A DNA stretch of 38,207 nt from a virus (taxonomy: Duplodnaviria; Caudoviricetes). Of the stretch, positions 36,437 to 38,207 are shown piece after piece. Position numbers and translations under genes: made by a program. The stretch is taken from positions 1 to 38,207 of IMG/VR virus record IMGVR_UViG_3300027887_000028; one strand, written 5' to 3'. Within the stretch, counting starts at the first letter, position 1. Every line of letters begins with the position of its first letter. The notes below the pieces were generated by a model, which made no database searches, was not told the origin of the DNA, and saw only the letters and a program-made list of their open reading frames with translations.

Positions 36437-37258
36437 TTAAAAATTCCATGAACCCCCTAGAAGCAGAAATGCTTTCTTTCCAGTAAGATTATATCCTCCA
36501 CCGATATTGACAAAGTTGAGGGCATTAAATGTACCTGCAACTCCAAATCCGGCTTCAGTATTATCAGCACCATCAAGCATAATAAGTAGGTTGAATCCGA
36601 AGTTATTTACTGCGGTACCGTTATTATCGACATAATGTTGATAACCAAGTCCAACACCAGCTGAAGTAAAGGCAGAAGAAATAAATGTCTTTAGATCTTT
36701 ATCATATGTAAACTGGATTGCAGTTAATGCTGCCGAAGGACGGAATAACCATACGGATTCCTTACCAGTGACTTCAGTTACTTTAACAAGATCACTTGCA
36801 TTGGATTTTAACATAGTCTGAACTTTGGTATTCATTTTTGCTGGACGGAAAAATCCATTCCAGGGACCTTGTGAATATGCTCCGATTGACAATGCTGAAA
36901 ATATCATAAGAAATGCAATTACTTTTGCTCCATGAACTGCCTTTAGTTGTGTTTCTGACATAAACTTTGCCTTTTTAGTTTCAACAATAGGTGTCTGCTT
37001 ACGTATGAATTTACCTATCCAATTTAGAATAAGAGCAAATACAGATCCTTCTTTTATCTTTCCTGTCTGACCAAGCCATTCAGATACGAGTGAGAATACG
37101 ATAAAGATCAGGGCCCACATATTCGTTTTAAGAAAATCAAGTATTGCCTGACCAGTAGTTAATGTTATAACAACATTTGTAGTGTCTTTAACTTCCTGAG
37201 CAATCATAGAGGTGACTGCAACAAGAATCAACGCGAATAAGAAAATCATTTTTTTCAT
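36437..37258 (-). CDS. Membrane protein with two signal-peptide-like segments and a C-terminal outer-membrane beta-strand domain
   Basis: MKKMIFLFALILVAVTSMIA|Q, a hydrophobic segment at aa ~47-60, and a second KVIAFLMIFSALSIGAYS|Q. The C-terminus has alternating Gly/aromatic beta strands ending in ...GGSWNF. Confidence 0.75.
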   Translation of the reverse strand: MKKMIFLFALILVAVTSMIAQEVKDTTNVVITLTTGQAILDFLKTNMWALIFIVFSLVSEWLGQTGKIKEGSVFALILNWIGKFIRKQTPIVETKKAKFMSETQLKAVHGAKVIAFLMIFSALSIGAYSQGPWNGFFRPAKMNTKVQTMLKSNASDLVKVTEVTGKESVWLFRPSAALTAIQFTYDKDLKTFISSAFTSAGVGLGYQHYVDNNGTAVNNFGFNLLIMLDGADNTEAGFGVAGTFNALNFVNIGGGYNLTGKKAFLLLGGSWNF

Positions 37259-37300
37259 TGTACTGTGAATTAGTTATTAATAAAAGTGAATTAAAAAAAA

Positions 37301-38134
37301 TTATTCTGTAAGATATACAACCCAAAAGTCAAATGCAAGTTTCGGATCAAGAACATATTTCCATGGGATCTTACATATTCCATTTATACCCCAATCTGCA
37401 CCCCAGCTGTTAAGTTCCCATAATCCTTCATTATCATAATCAAATATATCCATGCAATGACCACCGATTTCATTATCACAACATTTTCTTGGCAAAGGTA
37501 CTATTCCTGTCCTGGATACCTCTTCCGTCATAAAACTTTCATAAAGTATCTTTCCGTATACAATTGGATATCCTTGTACTAAGGCATCCTTTATGGCATC
37601 CTTTGTAACTGGATAGATCCTGTCATACTGGAGAGCCTGATGATCTAATCCTTCGTTAAACGCTTCCGGAGGCGGCTTCTCAGCAAAACGTGCAACAATA
37701 TAAGGCCACATCGCTTCACTGCATAATCCATATTTATTCAATGCTTTTATCCCATCACGAATAGATGCTCCGGAATCTGACGGTTTATCTTCATCTGACC
37801 GAGCATTATAATATGCAAATAATCTTGATCCATCGAAATCTGGTTGTTTGTTTACCTGTAATGTTCTTCTAAATGCTGCAAGAACTCCATTGCCTACACA
37901 AGAACCAAGATTTTGCTGATCGTATCTGATATGAAAAGCATTTATATTTTTCATATGAGTACTATCTGGAAGTTCCTTTAATGGTCTTCGGGACTTATAA
38001 ATATGATCACGATCATCTTTTATATCACGTTTTAGTCCAAAGAATTTTTTCTCAGGAAGTTTTTTCCTTAGAATATATTTTTTGATAAATCTAATTATAG
38101 GAACAAAATTGATTTTAATAATTGGCAGTTTCAT
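37301..38134 (-). CDS. Papain-like cysteine peptidase, family C1 (xylellain-like)
   Basis: DQQNLGSC (oxyanion Gln + catalytic Cys), SRLFAYYNAR, DSGASIRDG, GGH (His), NSWG..WG..G (Asn). ATG 38134 preferred over TTG 38188. Confidence 0.93.
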   Translation of the reverse strand: MKLPIIKINFVPIIRFIKKYILRKKLPEKKFFGLKRDIKDDRDHIYKSRRPLKELPDSTHMKNINAFHIRYDQQNLGSCVGNGVLAAFRRTLQVNKQPDFDGSRLFAYYNARSDEDKPSDSGASIRDGIKALNKYGLCSEAMWPYIVARFAEKPPPEAFNEGLDHQALQYDRIYPVTKDAIKDALVQGYPIVYGKILYESFMTEEVSRTGIVPLPRKCCDNEIGGHCMDIFDYDNEGLWELNSWGADWGINGICKIPWKYVLDPKLAFDFWVVYLTE

Positions 38135-38207
38135 AGTTTCACGGATTAAAAATATATACTTTTCCTTTATCTGATCTCCTGGTATCAAGATGTACCCATT
38201 TAACGTC

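Noticed and set aside
37301-38134. C1 enzyme acting as a transglutaminase cross-linking the Gln-rich collagens
   Set aside because: Motifs are those of ordinary C1 peptidases and the collagen tracts lack Lys acceptors; purely speculative.
1-38207. Stop-codon reassignment, as in some crAss-like phages
   Set aside because: The standard code gives near-complete tiling including a 14-kb ORF; TAA, TGA and TAG all end genes at sensible positions.

Overview
About 38 kb of a large, AT-rich, densely packed dsDNA phage genome, most consistent with a crAss-like phage (Crassvirales or a relative) of a Bacteroidota host. A short + strand block (1-2136: NinB-like protein, uracil-DNA glycosylase, GroES-like protein) converges at a hairpin terminator on a ~36-kb - strand virion operon. 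In transcription order this operon encodes a papain-like C1 peptidase, a membrane protein with two signal peptides, a putative decoration protein, ring / HU-IHF-like / ring / muzzle tail proteins, and two putative ejection (cargo) proteins, one with a lytic transglycosylase-like domain. Next come a 4729-aa virion RNA polymerase polyprotein (DFDGD, HExxH and PD-(D/E)xK motifs) and a fibre region with four Gln-rich collagen-like ORFs. The fibre region is interleaved with a beta-propeller glyco-enzyme, a TPR-methyltransferase and a beta-helix/LamG adhesin. Terminase, portal and major capsid genes were not recognised in the window. All family calls rest on motif recognition by eye; no searches were run.
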